DNA of 63,871 nucleotides, the filler included. It is 5 parts of 5 records of this genome, joined end to end, with 100 filler letters (N's around TTAATTAATTAA, not from the genome) between each part and the next. Parts side by side here need not be neighbours in the genome. Positions count along the whole stretch, not along the records: positions 1 to 28,947 come from SRR20825006_143; 4 more parts are not named here. One strand, given 5' to 3'. The translations under genes and the position numbers were made by a program. Below are positions 9,426 to 19,263 of the stretch, one piece after another. Under the pieces are notes generated by a model. That model made no database searches. It was not told the DNA's origin and worked only from the letters and a program-made list of their open reading frames with translations. Numbering within the stretch: position 1 is the stretch's first letter; every line of letters starts with the position of its first letter.

Positions 9426-11051
9426 ATGAAAAATAGAGCTAAACGAACTCCACCTAAACTGTTGCTTGTTGTATTCTTCAGTGTACTCTGCAGTGTTACT
9501 CTATTCGCACAGCAAAATCCAAACTTGTCTAGAATTAAACTAAATCGTTTAATTCTAAAAGAGCGGTTTGTAGAAGCGACAGAAACCTTACGCAAAATTG
9601 GAAAAGATCCGAAACTTTCCGAAGCTGAGAGAGTTTATTACTTCTTGATGAAATCGGATTATTTTAGTGCTACGAATCGCGCCGACTCCAGTGGCAGGTA
9701 TCTTCAACTTGCCAAGAAATCGATTAAACCTCAAATGCCTGACAGCTTAATTGCCCAACTTGATTTTGAATTGGGATCTTGGTATGCGGCAATCCGCGAT
9801 TATGAGAATAGCTATAACTCCTATAAATCTTCAATGACTCTTTACGAGAAGGCGGATGATATGGACTCTTACATCAAAGCCGCTGGAAACTTCGGGATTC
9901 TATCCTTTTTACAGGGAGACACGACCGCGGCGCTTCAGACTTTCCAACGGATATTAAAACGATCAGAGCAAAAAGGCGAAGCGCTCAATTGTGCAATTGT
10001 CCACCAAAACTTGGGTCGCTTTTTCGTGAATCTAGGTGAGCTAGACAGTGCCATATTCCATTTCAAAGCTTCCATTGGAACTGAAAAGACTCCAAAGAAA
10101 ACAAATTTCGTTGCCAATTCTTATCGCGGATTGGCCGACGTTGCCCATTTAAAGAATCAACTTCCAGAGGCCATAGAAAACTATCAAAAATCGATCGCTA
10201 TTTACACCGAATTGCGACTCAAAGGAGAATTGACAAGTGCCATTGAAGGCATTAAAAATATCTACAAGGCTTCTGGAAATACAGACAAAGCGCTAGAGTA
10301 TGCAGAAATGCTCAGTGAACTGAAGGCTGAAGTCTACGAGGAAAATAGAGCGAAAAGTATGGGGATCACTCAAGCCGAACTAAAGGATCTTGAAAAAACG
10401 GCTAAAATCCGCGGGTTGCGTTCAGGATTGGAATTGGAGAAAAATAAGACTTGGTTTTTACTGTCAGCAGGGATTTTCGTTCTCATAGTACTCGTTTTTG
10501 TGTATCTAAAATGGAAGGATCAGCGGAAACAAAGGGCTCTGGAAAAAGAAACGTACACACACAAAGAACAAATCAATCAATTGGAAAACGACAAGTTACG
10601 AAACGAACTGGAAATGAGAGAAAAGGCCTTAACTGCTGAAAGTTTACGTTTGATTGAAAAAAATGAGCAAACTCAGCTTTTACGCGAAAAAATAAGTGAT
10701 CTATCCAAACGTTTACCCGAGAAATATGCAAATGAATTAAACTCATTGAGTACTACTTTTCGCTCGTTACTTCGTGTAGAGCACAGTTGGGATGAATTTC
10801 TTTTGTATTTCAAAGAAACTCATCCAGATGCACACCGCGTTTTCGATGGACTGAAACCAACCTTAACTTTAAAGGAAAAACGGCTGCTTTCTTTAATCTA
10901 CTTGGAGCTTAACACTAAAGAAATTTCCAAAATTGCGGGGATTTCGCCTGATTCGGTAAAAAAAGCCCGAACTCGATTGAGAAAAAAACTCGCTCTTGAG
11001 GAAAGTGATTCAATACGGATTTTTATAACAGACTTGATGCTTGCAGGATGA
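9426..11051 (+). CDS. Membrane-anchored TPR sensor with C-terminal LuxR-type HTH
   Basis: Signal peptide, TPR repeats, TM helix (WFLLSAGIFVLIVLVFVYL), coiled coil, LNTKEISKIAGISPDSVKKARTRLRKKL. Confidence 0.85.
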   Translation: MKNRAKRTPPKLLLVVFFSVLCSVTLFAQQNPNLSRIKLNRLILKERFVEATETLRKIGKDPKLSEAERVYYFLMKSDYFSATNRADSSGRYLQLAKKSIKPQMPDSLIAQLDFELGSWYAAIRDYENSYNSYKSSMTLYEKADDMDSYIKAAGNFGILSFLQGDTTAALQTFQRILKRSEQKGEALNCAIVHQNLGRFFVNLGELDSAIFHFKASIGTEKTPKKTNFVANSYRGLADVAHLKNQLPEAIENYQKSIAIYTELRLKGELTSAIEGIKNIYKASGNTDKALEYAEMLSELKAEVYEENRAKSMGITQAELKDLEKTAKIRGLRSGLELEKNKTWFLLSAGIFVLIVLVFVYLKWKDQRKQRALEKETYTHKEQINQLENDKLRNELEMREKALTAESLRLIEKNEQTQLLREKISDLSKRLPEKYANELNSLSTTFRSLLRVEHSWDEFLLYFKETHPDAHRVFDGLKPTLTLKEKRLLSLIYLELNTKEISKIAGISPDSVKKARTRLRKKLALEESDSIRIFITDLMLAG

Positions 11052-11065
11052 GTTGATCGATTATT

Positions 11066-11977
11066 TCAATTAAACCCAACTCTGAATTGCATTGGACTCT
11101 GTCCTACTTTGCTTTTAAACAACTTACTGAAGCTCTGGGAGTGCTCGAAACCTAGCTCAAACGCAATTTCACTAACAGAAACTGAAGTCGTTGAAAGCTT
11201 CTCTTTTGCCTTCTCAATTAGTTTTTCATGAATGAGTACTTGTGTACTTTTTCCTATGAGTGATTTCAGTATGTTACTCAAATAATTGGGCGAAACATGG
11301 AGATTATCAGCAACATCTTGCACGGTTGGCAAACCTTTGTTAATTAGATTATCGTTGGCGAAATATTCATTGAAATAATCTTCTACCTTCGATAGCAAGT
11401 GGTGATTGGTGATTTTTCGCGTTAAAAACTGGCGATGGTAAAATCGGTCTGCATACTTCAGGAGTAACTCCATTTGAGCAATAATCAAATCCTGACTAAA
11501 ATCATCTAAATTTCCGTGATACTCTCGCTTAATATTTTCAAATAGTTGTTGAATTACCCCCTCCTCTTTCTCCGACAGAAATAGCGCCTCGTTAATCGCA
11601 TAATCGAAGTACTCATATTTCTTTATTGTTTTCGCCAGTGAATACTTCCACAGAAAATCAGGGTGAAAAATCAAAATATATCCGCTTCGTTGACTGCTTT
11701 CAAACTGTCCCCTTTCGATACGCATGACTTGTCCTGGAGCGATAAACGACATTAGTCCTTCATCGAAATCATAGGTTGTTTGACCGTAATTTATTTTATA
11801 CCCAATATTGCGTTTCATAGCAATCGCGTAAAAATCAAAGACCAAGTTCATCTCATCGTATCCTTCTGGAAACTTCATCAAGGAATAATCAATCACGCAG
11901 ATCAACGGATGCTCAGACTTAGGCAATGACCTAAGTCTGAGATATTCCGAAACTGTTTTAATTCTTTTTATTTCCAT
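11066..11977 (-). CDS. AraC family transcriptional regulator
   Basis: SPNYLS and SVSEIAFELGFEHSQSFSKLFK dual HTH. Confidence 0.93.
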   Translation of the reverse strand: MEIKRIKTVSEYLRLRSLPKSEHPLICVIDYSLMKFPEGYDEMNLVFDFYAIAMKRNIGYKINYGQTTYDFDEGLMSFIAPGQVMRIERGQFESSQRSGYILIFHPDFLWKYSLAKTIKKYEYFDYAINEALFLSEKEEGVIQQLFENIKREYHGNLDDFSQDLIIAQMELLLKYADRFYHRQFLTRKITNHHLLSKVEDYFNEYFANDNLINKGLPTVQDVADNLHVSPNYLSNILKSLIGKSTQVLIHEKLIEKAKEKLSTTSVSVSEIAFELGFEHSQSFSKLFKSKVGQSPMQFRVGFN

Positions 11978-12009
11978 TATTGAACTTCTCGTTTCATAAA
12001 TATAAGTTA

Positions 12010-12774
12010 TTATACCAGCATGCCACCAGAGACTTCAATTCGTTGACCATTGATCCAACCTGCGCCTTCACTGCACAAGAAGCCAACCAATGCTCCAATA
12101 TCCTCTGGTTCGCCTACACGACCAAGTGCTGTAATTGAAGCAATTATCTTTCTCTTTTCTTCGTTATCTCTGTTGCTTCCTCCTCCGAAATCGGTTGCAA
12201 TTGCCCCTGGAGCGATCGTATTCGCAGAAATTTTTCTACTTCCCAACTCTTTTGCTAAATAATTCGTAAAAATCTCAACTGCTCCTTTCATGCACGCGTA
12301 AACTGACGATCCAGCAAATGAAACCCGAGTCAATCCAGATGATACATTAATGATTCTTCCTCCGTTGTTGATAAATGGAAGCATTTTTTGAGTGAGGAAA
12401 AACACACCTTTGAAGTGAATATTGAGCATTTCATCAAATTGTTCTTCGGTGGTTTCCTCAATTGTTTGATACAAACCAGTTCCTGCATTATTGATCAAGA
12501 AATCGAATGCTGGTGAACCTTCGTGTTCTGTTAAGTGATTTTTCACCTTTTCAACGAATGCATCGAAGGTTTCTATTTTTCTCACATCCAATTGCAGTGC
12601 TATTGCCTTCTGACCGATTGCTCTTACTTCACTTACAACTTTTTTAGCTTCCGTTTCATTACTGTGATAAGTGAAAATGATGTTACATCCGTTCTTCGCG
12701 AGATTTAACACCATATCCTTTCCCAATCCACGACTTCCTCCTGTTACTAGTGCAATTTTACTTTTCGTTGTCAT
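12010..12774 (-). CDS. SDR family oxidoreductase
   Basis: TGGSRGLG, NNAG, YACMK. Confidence 0.93.
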   Translation of the reverse strand: MTTKSKIALVTGGSRGLGKDMVLNLAKNGCNIIFTYHSNETEAKKVVSEVRAIGQKAIALQLDVRKIETFDAFVEKVKNHLTEHEGSPAFDFLINNAGTGLYQTIEETTEEQFDEMLNIHFKGVFFLTQKMLPFINNGGRIINVSSGLTRVSFAGSSVYACMKGAVEIFTNYLAKELGSRKISANTIAPGAIATDFGGGSNRDNEEKRKIIASITALGRVGEPEDIGALVGFLCSEGAGWINGQRIEVSGGMLV

Positions 12775-12880
12775 CTTTTTGTTTTAAAATTATTGGACAA
12801 AGATCAGTTGTTAATTACTTCGTTTTGTAGCCGAATCTACTGGATTCATAGCCAAAAATGTGATTGACGCACTTTTTCTC

Positions 12881-13480
12881 TCACTTTTTACATTTTATCA
12901 GATAGAGGGGTAGATTCTCACTCACTTCGGTGATTTCCACCAAGCCAAAATCACCAAATTCTTCTCGAATCGATTGCTCGTCGTAAAAAAACATATTTAC
13001 TCCCTGATGAATTTCGTAGCGATCTTTACTCACGAAATTGCCTGTCTGATAGGTTGGAGCGCCCTTTGTAATCATTGTAAAAATCATATAGCCATTTTCA
13101 ACCAATTGATTGTAGCACTCTTGCATCAATTTCTTTCGCTCGGCAGAATCTAGCAAATGGATCACAGCATGACAAAAAATCGCATCATATCGACGATTGT
13201 CTAAGGGCATATCGGCCACAGAACCATGATAAATCTTCATCCCATCTCCGTAATGTTTTCGTGCGAGTTCAATTGCGGTTTTGGAAATCTCGATTCCTGT
13301 AACTTCCATTCCATTTTCTAGAAAAACTTGTGCGTTTCGTCCATACCCTATCCCGGGAACAAGAATGTTTTTCACTTTTTTCTCAATAAAAAAATCCTTG
13401 GCTATTATCGCTGAGTTAGCAGGACTAAGTCCCCACATTTCTTGATTTTCAATAAACTTGCCCTCCCAAAATTCACTCAT
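12881..13480 (-). CDS. Class I SAM-dependent methyltransferase
   Basis: LVPGIGYGRN motif I, VTGIEIS. Confidence 0.88.
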   Translation of the reverse strand: MSEFWEGKFIENQEMWGLSPANSAIIAKDFFIEKKVKNILVPGIGYGRNAQVFLENGMEVTGIEISKTAIELARKHYGDGMKIYHGSVADMPLDNRRYDAIFCHAVIHLLDSAERKKLMQECYNQLVENGYMIFTMITKGAPTYQTGNFVSKDRYEIHQGVNMFFYDEQSIREEFGDFGLVEITEVSENLPLYLIKCKK

Positions 13481-13487
13481 ATCTCCT

Positions 13488-13733
13488 TTATTTACACAGT
13501 TTATCTTCTAAAATATCACATTCAACTCCAGATTTCTTTACTAAACGCATCATTTCCTCTGATTTAATTGTCGTTCCTTCCACACGAAGAATACTGTGAC
13601 TGCAAGGGTATGTAGATTCAACCGCTTCAAAATCAAAATTAAATTGCACTTCGGGAAATTGGCTTTGAAGATTCTCCAAAATTGGTTTCGCCTCCAATTG
13701 ATTCTGAATATTTGTAATGAACACTTCGACCAT
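13488..13733 (-). CDS. Small Cys-containing protein with HMA-like ferredoxin topology
   Basis: MVEVFITN...NFDFE...C...ILRVEG...GVECDILED pattern seen in small Bacteroidota proteins. Confidence 0.6.
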   Translation of the reverse strand: MVEVFITNIQNQLEAKPILENLQSQFPEVQFNFDFEAVESTYPCSHSILRVEGTTIKSEEMMRLVKKSGVECDILEDKLCK

Positions 13734-13752
13734 CTTCTGTTGTTTTAATTCG

Positions 13753-14661
13753 TTAAAATTGTTCGTTCGTGAGCTCCATATTTACCAAAGCACCCGCTAC
13801 GTTTCCTGTGTAAACTGCATTTGCCACAGAGCGCATCATCGTTGAACTGTCTCCACAGGCAAAAACACCATCGATGGACGTTTTCTGAAAATGATCTGTT
13901 TTTATATGTCCCATTTCTGTGAGTTCACAACCCAATGAAACTGGAATTTCAGAATGTTGTTGAAACGGAAGCGAGGCATAAACGGCGTTGAAATTCGATT
14001 GAGAACCATCTTTAAAAATCACTTTTTTGATGTATCCGTTTTCGTGTTCAACCTCAGAAATTTCGGATTCATTAACATTAATAGAGTGCTTCTTGAATTT
14101 TGCCAATTGCACCTCATCGAAATCTGCTTTTCCGTTGGTTAGAATCGTGAGATCTTTCGTTAAGTTATTGACCAAGGAAGCCAAGTGAAAAGCACGTTCT
14201 CCATTTGCTATGATTCCCGTTTTGTGATCGCGCAATTCGTATCCGTGACAGTAAGGACAGTGTACAGCAGAAATTCCCCAACATTCTGAAAAGCCTTTAA
14301 TTTCAGGCATAAGATCCTTCACTCCCGTTGAAAAAATGAGCTTCTTTCCATTAAATTTTTCATCTGTCTCGGTAGTAATGGTAAAACCGTCTTCTGTTTT
14401 CACACCATGAATTGCTCGCCCTGCTATGAATGTTACCGTTTTATATTTCAGCACTTGTTCTTTGGCTTTTCTCGCAATTTCACCCGGCTTTTCACCGTCT
14501 TGAGTAATGAAATTATGTGAATGTGGTGTTTGTTTATTGCACGGTGAACCGCTGTCAATAATTAGAACCCTTCTCAACGAACGTCCCAACGCCATTGCTG
14601 CAGAAAGTCCTGCATAACTTCCTCCTATTATGATTGCATCAAAATTTCTATTCTCTGTCAT
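13753..14661 (-). CDS. Thioredoxin-reductase-like FAD-dependent oxidoreductase
   Basis: IIGGSYAG, CPYCHGYE redox motif, GVFACGD. Confidence 0.9.
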   Translation of the reverse strand: MTENRNFDAIIIGGSYAGLSAAMALGRSLRRVLIIDSGSPCNKQTPHSHNFITQDGEKPGEIARKAKEQVLKYKTVTFIAGRAIHGVKTEDGFTITTETDEKFNGKKLIFSTGVKDLMPEIKGFSECWGISAVHCPYCHGYELRDHKTGIIANGERAFHLASLVNNLTKDLTILTNGKADFDEVQLAKFKKHSINVNESEISEVEHENGYIKKVIFKDGSQSNFNAVYASLPFQQHSEIPVSLGCELTEMGHIKTDHFQKTSIDGVFACGDSSTMMRSVANAVYTGNVAGALVNMELTNEQF

Positions 14662-14762
14662 ACTTTTAAATTTTAAATACTTCTTAGGGATAGCAGTAGT
14701 AGTTGATAACTGCCTTTCCCTACCCTTATTGCTTATATTTTATCACTTACTCAAGACCTAAT

Positions 14763-14854
14763 TGCAATTATGTCGCAATAATATTCTTGCAAGTATACCG
14801 CTCATTTTGTATTATTGCAACATTATCGCAATAAATTAATGCAATCTTATCGCA
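14763..14854. promoter_or_regulatory. Three TGCAA-N5-TCGCA boxes (probable Fur/Zur-family operators)
   Basis: Copies at 14763-14777, 14816-14830 and 14840-14854 between divergent genes. Confidence 0.75.
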
Positions 14855-14859
14855 TTAGC

Positions 14860-15252
14860 ATGAAAAGAAGAAATACAGCATCCAAAGAAGCCATTTTATC
14901 GATCTTGACAGATTCTCGAAAAGCGATGAGTCAAGATGCTATTGAAAAGAAGATGAATATTGATGTGGATAGAGCGACAATTTACCGAGCTCTGAACCGC
15001 TTTTGTGACGACGGATTGGTGCATAGAATTGTGGCGGATGATGGAAAGCAATATTTTGCTGTTTGCGCAAAGTGCGATGATGCAAAGAAATTACCAGATA
15101 ATCATTTTCATTTTCGTTGTACGAATTGTCAAACGATTGAGTGCTTACCGACACTTGTTCACTTTTCAATTCCAGAAGGTTACGTGGTGGAGAAATTGAA
15201 TTGCGTGCTCATTGGAGTTTGTAAAGAGTGTGGAACGGTTAAGAAATCTTGA
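14860..15252 (+). CDS. Fur family transcriptional regulator
   Basis: DRATIYRAL helix, HFHFRCTNC, C-terminal GVCKEC; ATG at 14860 directly after the third box. Confidence 0.9.
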   Translation: MKRRNTASKEAILSILTDSRKAMSQDAIEKKMNIDVDRATIYRALNRFCDDGLVHRIVADDGKQYFAVCAKCDDAKKLPDNHFHFRCTNCQTIECLPTLVHFSIPEGYVVEKLNCVLIGVCKECGTVKKS

Positions 15253-15509
15253 TCTGTTCCCAAATTTATTGAATTCTCTTCAGATCACCTGTCAGCGTCT
15301 CTTTCCAGGATATTTTATATAATTTCAAACGTAGGTATATTTTTCCATATTTTCATTTATCGTAACAAAATCCTATCGTTTATTTAAGGATTGGAAATTA
15401 GGAGATCTTAACTTTTGAAAAATCCACTGCTCAAGTCATTTTTCGTATATTCGGGGTTATTCACGAAAGTCACCTTTAATACCTAGAGTAATCAACATTA
15501 ATTTATATT

Positions 15510-16364
15510 ATGAACCTAACATTGACCCTCATTCTATCCCTATTTACCATAAGTGTTTTTGGTCAGAGCAATCCAACGGAAGAAGCTCAGCCAATTGTTG
15601 AAGAAGGAAAACTGCTGTACAGATCTGAAATGGCCTCATGGTATGGAACGGATCTGTTTTTGGAAAACTATGAAAACAGAGGGAATATCGGTGGCTACTT
15701 TTCTTACTCCGTAGAGGACACGTCAAAATGCATTTTTTTCTCAAAATCAGAGAACCCAGAAGTTATTGGGACAATTTCCTTTGATAACTCGTACAATGTG
15801 AAAACAGCAAAAATCGATATTTCTGAAAGAGTATTCTCTAGTACCGAGCGAGATCTTTACACCATTAGAAAACTCGCTTTGTCGGAAATTAATTCTGATA
15901 CACTTTTTGTATCTTACAAAAACACCAATTTAAATATTATTCCTTTGATCAAAGGAGAAGAGAAAAAAGTGTATGTGTTGACAGGACCTAAACAAAATGG
16001 AGTTGTCATTTTTGGAAATGATTATTTGCTCACTTTTGACAAGGACAATAAGCTCACTCTCAAAAAACAACTTCATAAAAACATTCTTCCCATTTACTAC
16101 GGCGGCGAGGAAAATGAAAATGCTGTAGGAGCAATGCACAGTCATTTACCCGAAACAGGTGATTTTATAACTGCAACTGACATTTGTACTTTAATGCTGT
16201 ACGAGAAATTTGCGAATTGGAAAACGCACAATGTAGTATCCGAGAAGTACCTAAATATATGGAATTGTGAAACAGACCAATTAACCATAGTTCCGATGGA
16301 AGCTGTTAAAAAAACCAATAAAGATCAAGAGAAAAGGAAAAAGAAAAAGGGTAAAAACAATTAA
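15510..16364 (+). CDS. Hypothetical secreted protein
   Basis: Signal peptide, 284 aa ORF, contains HSH. Confidence 0.7.
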   Translation: MNLTLTLILSLFTISVFGQSNPTEEAQPIVEEGKLLYRSEMASWYGTDLFLENYENRGNIGGYFSYSVEDTSKCIFFSKSENPEVIGTISFDNSYNVKTAKIDISERVFSSTERDLYTIRKLALSEINSDTLFVSYKNTNLNIIPLIKGEEKKVYVLTGPKQNGVVIFGNDYLLTFDKDNKLTLKKQLHKNILPIYYGGEENENAVGAMHSHLPETGDFITATDICTLMLYEKFANWKTHNVVSEKYLNIWNCETDQLTIVPMEAVKKTNKDQEKRKKKKGKNN

Positions 16365-16403
16365 ACTATTAGATAATAGTCTTTACCAATTCTATTAAAA
16401 AAA

Positions 16404-16961
16404 ATGAAGAGCACATCACAGTATGCCAATCTTGGAAAGTTGACGACCATCATCACCTTTTTAATTGCAACGATCATCTGCGCCTTGTACCTCTTCACTG
16501 GCGATTTAAGTTATGGTTTCGTTGGATACTTCTTTTTTCTAGTTGCAGTTACAATAAACACTATAATTCTCATCATTTTAACTGTAAAAGCTTCTAAAGT
16601 TGATCAACCAAAAAAAATACATCGAGGCATACGACTGATGCTACTAAACATTCCTGTGGCTATTTTCTATTTTAGTCTTGGAATTTACTTCACGGGCATT
16701 ATGAGAATTTGCGTTGAAAATACTACTGGAACAAACATCAAAAACATTAAAATCATTGGTTGCGAAAGTCAGGAGTTCAATACACTAAAAACTGGAGAAT
16801 CTAGAACGGTTTGGATCAATATCAATGGTGATTGCTCAATTTCTCTCTCTTATGTCACTCCAAATGGAAAAACGCAAACTGAGTCGGTAATTAGCTATGT
16901 TACAAGTGGAATGGGACAAAAGTTCAGCTACCAAATTGGACATGGAGAATCTGGCTGGTAA
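16404..16961 (+). CDS. Hypothetical membrane protein
   Basis: Three TM helices and a soluble C-terminal beta domain. Confidence 0.7.
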   Translation: MKSTSQYANLGKLTTIITFLIATIICALYLFTGDLSYGFVGYFFFLVAVTINTIILIILTVKASKVDQPKKIHRGIRLMLLNIPVAIFYFSLGIYFTGIMRICVENTTGTNIKNIKIIGCESQEFNTLKTGESRTVWININGDCSISLSYVTPNGKTQTESVISYVTSGMGQKFSYQIGHGESGW

Positions 16962-16989
16962 GAAATAATGACTAATTAAAACCACACAA

Positions 16990-18090
16990 ATGACGTTAAA
17001 AACACTTCAAGTAATACTCTCAACAGGATTTCTGACTTTGTTTCTATCCTGTAAAGGACAGACCGGTATCGCAGAAAAAGAGCAGCAAGACCACTCAGCG
17101 TCAATAGGCGAGGTAGTTTCAGAGCTTGACGACAAAACTTGGTCAATTTATCAAGATCAAAAAGGCAATTATTGGTTCGGGAGCGACGGAAATGGAGTAT
17201 TTCACTTCGATGGAAAAACACTTACCCAATTCACAAGCAAAGACGGTCTTGTCAGCAACTCCATTCGTGGAATTCAAGGCGATCATTTGGGAAATGTTTT
17301 TATTCAAACTCCTGCGGGCATTAGCAAATACGACGGTAAAACCTTCACAATCTTAACGCCTATTACCTCTCTATCCAATGAGTGGAAATTAGAACCCAAT
17401 GATTTGTGGTTTAATTGCAATGGAATGCCCAATGATGTTTACAGATATGACGGGAATTCCTTGTTCGAGCTACGATTGCCTCGACAGAATTTGGAGAAAG
17501 CATTTGAAGGTGAGGTAAAAGGACTTGGTTTTAAAGATATGAATAGCAGCCCCTACTCTGTTTTCGGGATCAATAAAGACAAAAAAGGAAACCTCTGGAT
17601 TGGAACAATTGTCGCTGGTGCTTTTCGTTACGATGGAAAATCATTTTTATGGTTTCCTGAGAAAGAACTAACAACACTTGATGATGGAAGGGTTCCTGGC
17701 GTTCGTTCAATGATTGAAGACAAAGACGGTAATTTTTGGTTAAGTAACGTCATCAGTAAGTACAAAATAATTGAAACTGGTTCCAAAGTTCGCTATGAAA
17801 AACTGACTGGGATCGATCTATCTATTGAAGACTTTAAAGATCGACTCCTATATTTTAACTCTGGATTATCGCAGAACGGAGCTCTGTGGATGACAACCTA
17901 CACAGCTGGAGTTTGGAGGTATGATGGCGACAACTTGACGAATCTACCAGTTAAGGATGGTGAAATCGAAGCCTTATTAGTTTCAATTTATGAAGACAAC
18001 TCAGGAACGCTCTGGTTAGGAACAAATAATCTAGGAGTCTTTCGATTTAATGGAGAAACCTTTGAAAAGTTTGAACCACTTAAAAAGTAG
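16990..18090 (+). CDS. Lipoprotein with two-component-regulator propeller (Reg_prop) repeats
   Basis: FLSC lipobox; repeated D-x-x-G-N-x-W and (Y/F)DG blades. Confidence 0.85.
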   Translation: MTLKTLQVILSTGFLTLFLSCKGQTGIAEKEQQDHSASIGEVVSELDDKTWSIYQDQKGNYWFGSDGNGVFHFDGKTLTQFTSKDGLVSNSIRGIQGDHLGNVFIQTPAGISKYDGKTFTILTPITSLSNEWKLEPNDLWFNCNGMPNDVYRYDGNSLFELRLPRQNLEKAFEGEVKGLGFKDMNSSPYSVFGINKDKKGNLWIGTIVAGAFRYDGKSFLWFPEKELTTLDDGRVPGVRSMIEDKDGNFWLSNVISKYKIIETGSKVRYEKLTGIDLSIEDFKDRLLYFNSGLSQNGALWMTTYTAGVWRYDGDNLTNLPVKDGEIEALLVSIYEDNSGTLWLGTNNLGVFRFNGETFEKFEPLKK

Positions 18091-18151
18091 GTTGCTTTTA
18101 GAACAGTTTGAAACCGCAAAATTTTGTAGGTACCATCATTTAAGCACTTCA

Positions 18152-18556
18152 ATGGAAAAGCACGAAATCATCAAAAACTTTGTAAATACCTATGTTGTTA
18201 AGAGAAAAAGGGAGCGTTCTCTTTATGAATTAATCAATAAAAGAGACTTGTTCGTAAATAAATTGAACCATCAAATTCTTGAGTTGTTCGATGAGAACCG
18301 ACTTACTAGAATAGACGATACAAATCTAGAAAATATCAAATCTCAATTGAAAGCTACTTCCAAAACCCGTGTCTATGTCATTTCTCACAACGAATTAGAT
18401 AACTCCATTCTGGAGTTAGAAACTGCGCTGAATCAACTTCTCGGAAATGGTTTAGGATTTTGCATTGTTCGCACGGATGGTAAAGGCATTTTTGTCGAAG
18501 GAGAACAAGAGTTTGGTACACCTTCTCGCTACTCAGCCTACTGTTTCACGGCTTAG
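18152..18556 (+). CDS. Hypothetical protein
   Basis: In-frame ATG at 18152 avoids overlap with the upstream gene. Confidence 0.55.
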   Translation: MEKHEIIKNFVNTYVVKRKRERSLYELINKRDLFVNKLNHQILELFDENRLTRIDDTNLENIKSQLKATSKTRVYVISHNELDNSILELETALNQLLGNGLGFCIVRTDGKGIFVEGEQEFGTPSRYSAYCFTA

Positions 18557-18674
18557 TAATACAACGTTAAACAAAATTAAAAGTGGGTTGTGGTTCTCGA
18601 AACCCACACTAAAAAAATATTTCTAACTTTAAAACTTAACTGGCGTCTTTATACCTACTAATGAAATTCATTCA

Positions 18675-19190
18675 ATGAAAACAATCCCTATATCATGTTT
18701 TCTTTTATTTTTTCTCTTCTCTTGCGAAAATTTCATAAAACAAGAAAGTCCCCCCATCATAGCCCCTCAATTAGCAGACTCGTTACAATCGGTTGTAATG
18801 GCCTATTCTCAAGATGTTAACAATCTCCCCAATGACTATTTCTCGGATTTTGGTTTTAGAGATTGGTATAGATGGCCGCTGGTGTATCCTTTCTCATTAA
18901 ACAGTGTTGACAGTCGAGATAGAGGATTTTTGCAAGATGAAAGAAATGGGAAGGACAATGATGCTGAACAAATTCAAATGGAACGAATTAATGCATTTTC
19001 GTTTAACAAACAGATCTTCATCGCTGAAACTGAAGGTCAAGGTTCTCAAAAGTATCTCCTGTTTAACTTCCAGAATAGTGAAATAAAACACTACTCTACC
19101 TTTGATGAATTAACAATTGAGGCTTCGAAATATGGTGATTTGTTGTCAGATTCACTCATTACACTAGAATATTATTCACACATTTTTTAA
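18675..19190 (+). CDS. Hypothetical lipoprotein
   Basis: LFSC lipobox after a hydrophobic stretch. Confidence 0.65.
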   Translation: MKTIPISCFLLFFLFSCENFIKQESPPIIAPQLADSLQSVVMAYSQDVNNLPNDYFSDFGFRDWYRWPLVYPFSLNSVDSRDRGFLQDERNGKDNDAEQIQMERINAFSFNKQIFIAETEGQGSQKYLLFNFQNSEIKHYSTFDELTIEASKYGDLLSDSLITLEYYSHIF

Positions 19191-19263
19191 AATGTGAAAT
19201 CTTACTTCGACTTATCAAACAAACCAAAATTAATCTAAAAATAACTCCTAAAAACAGATTTTC

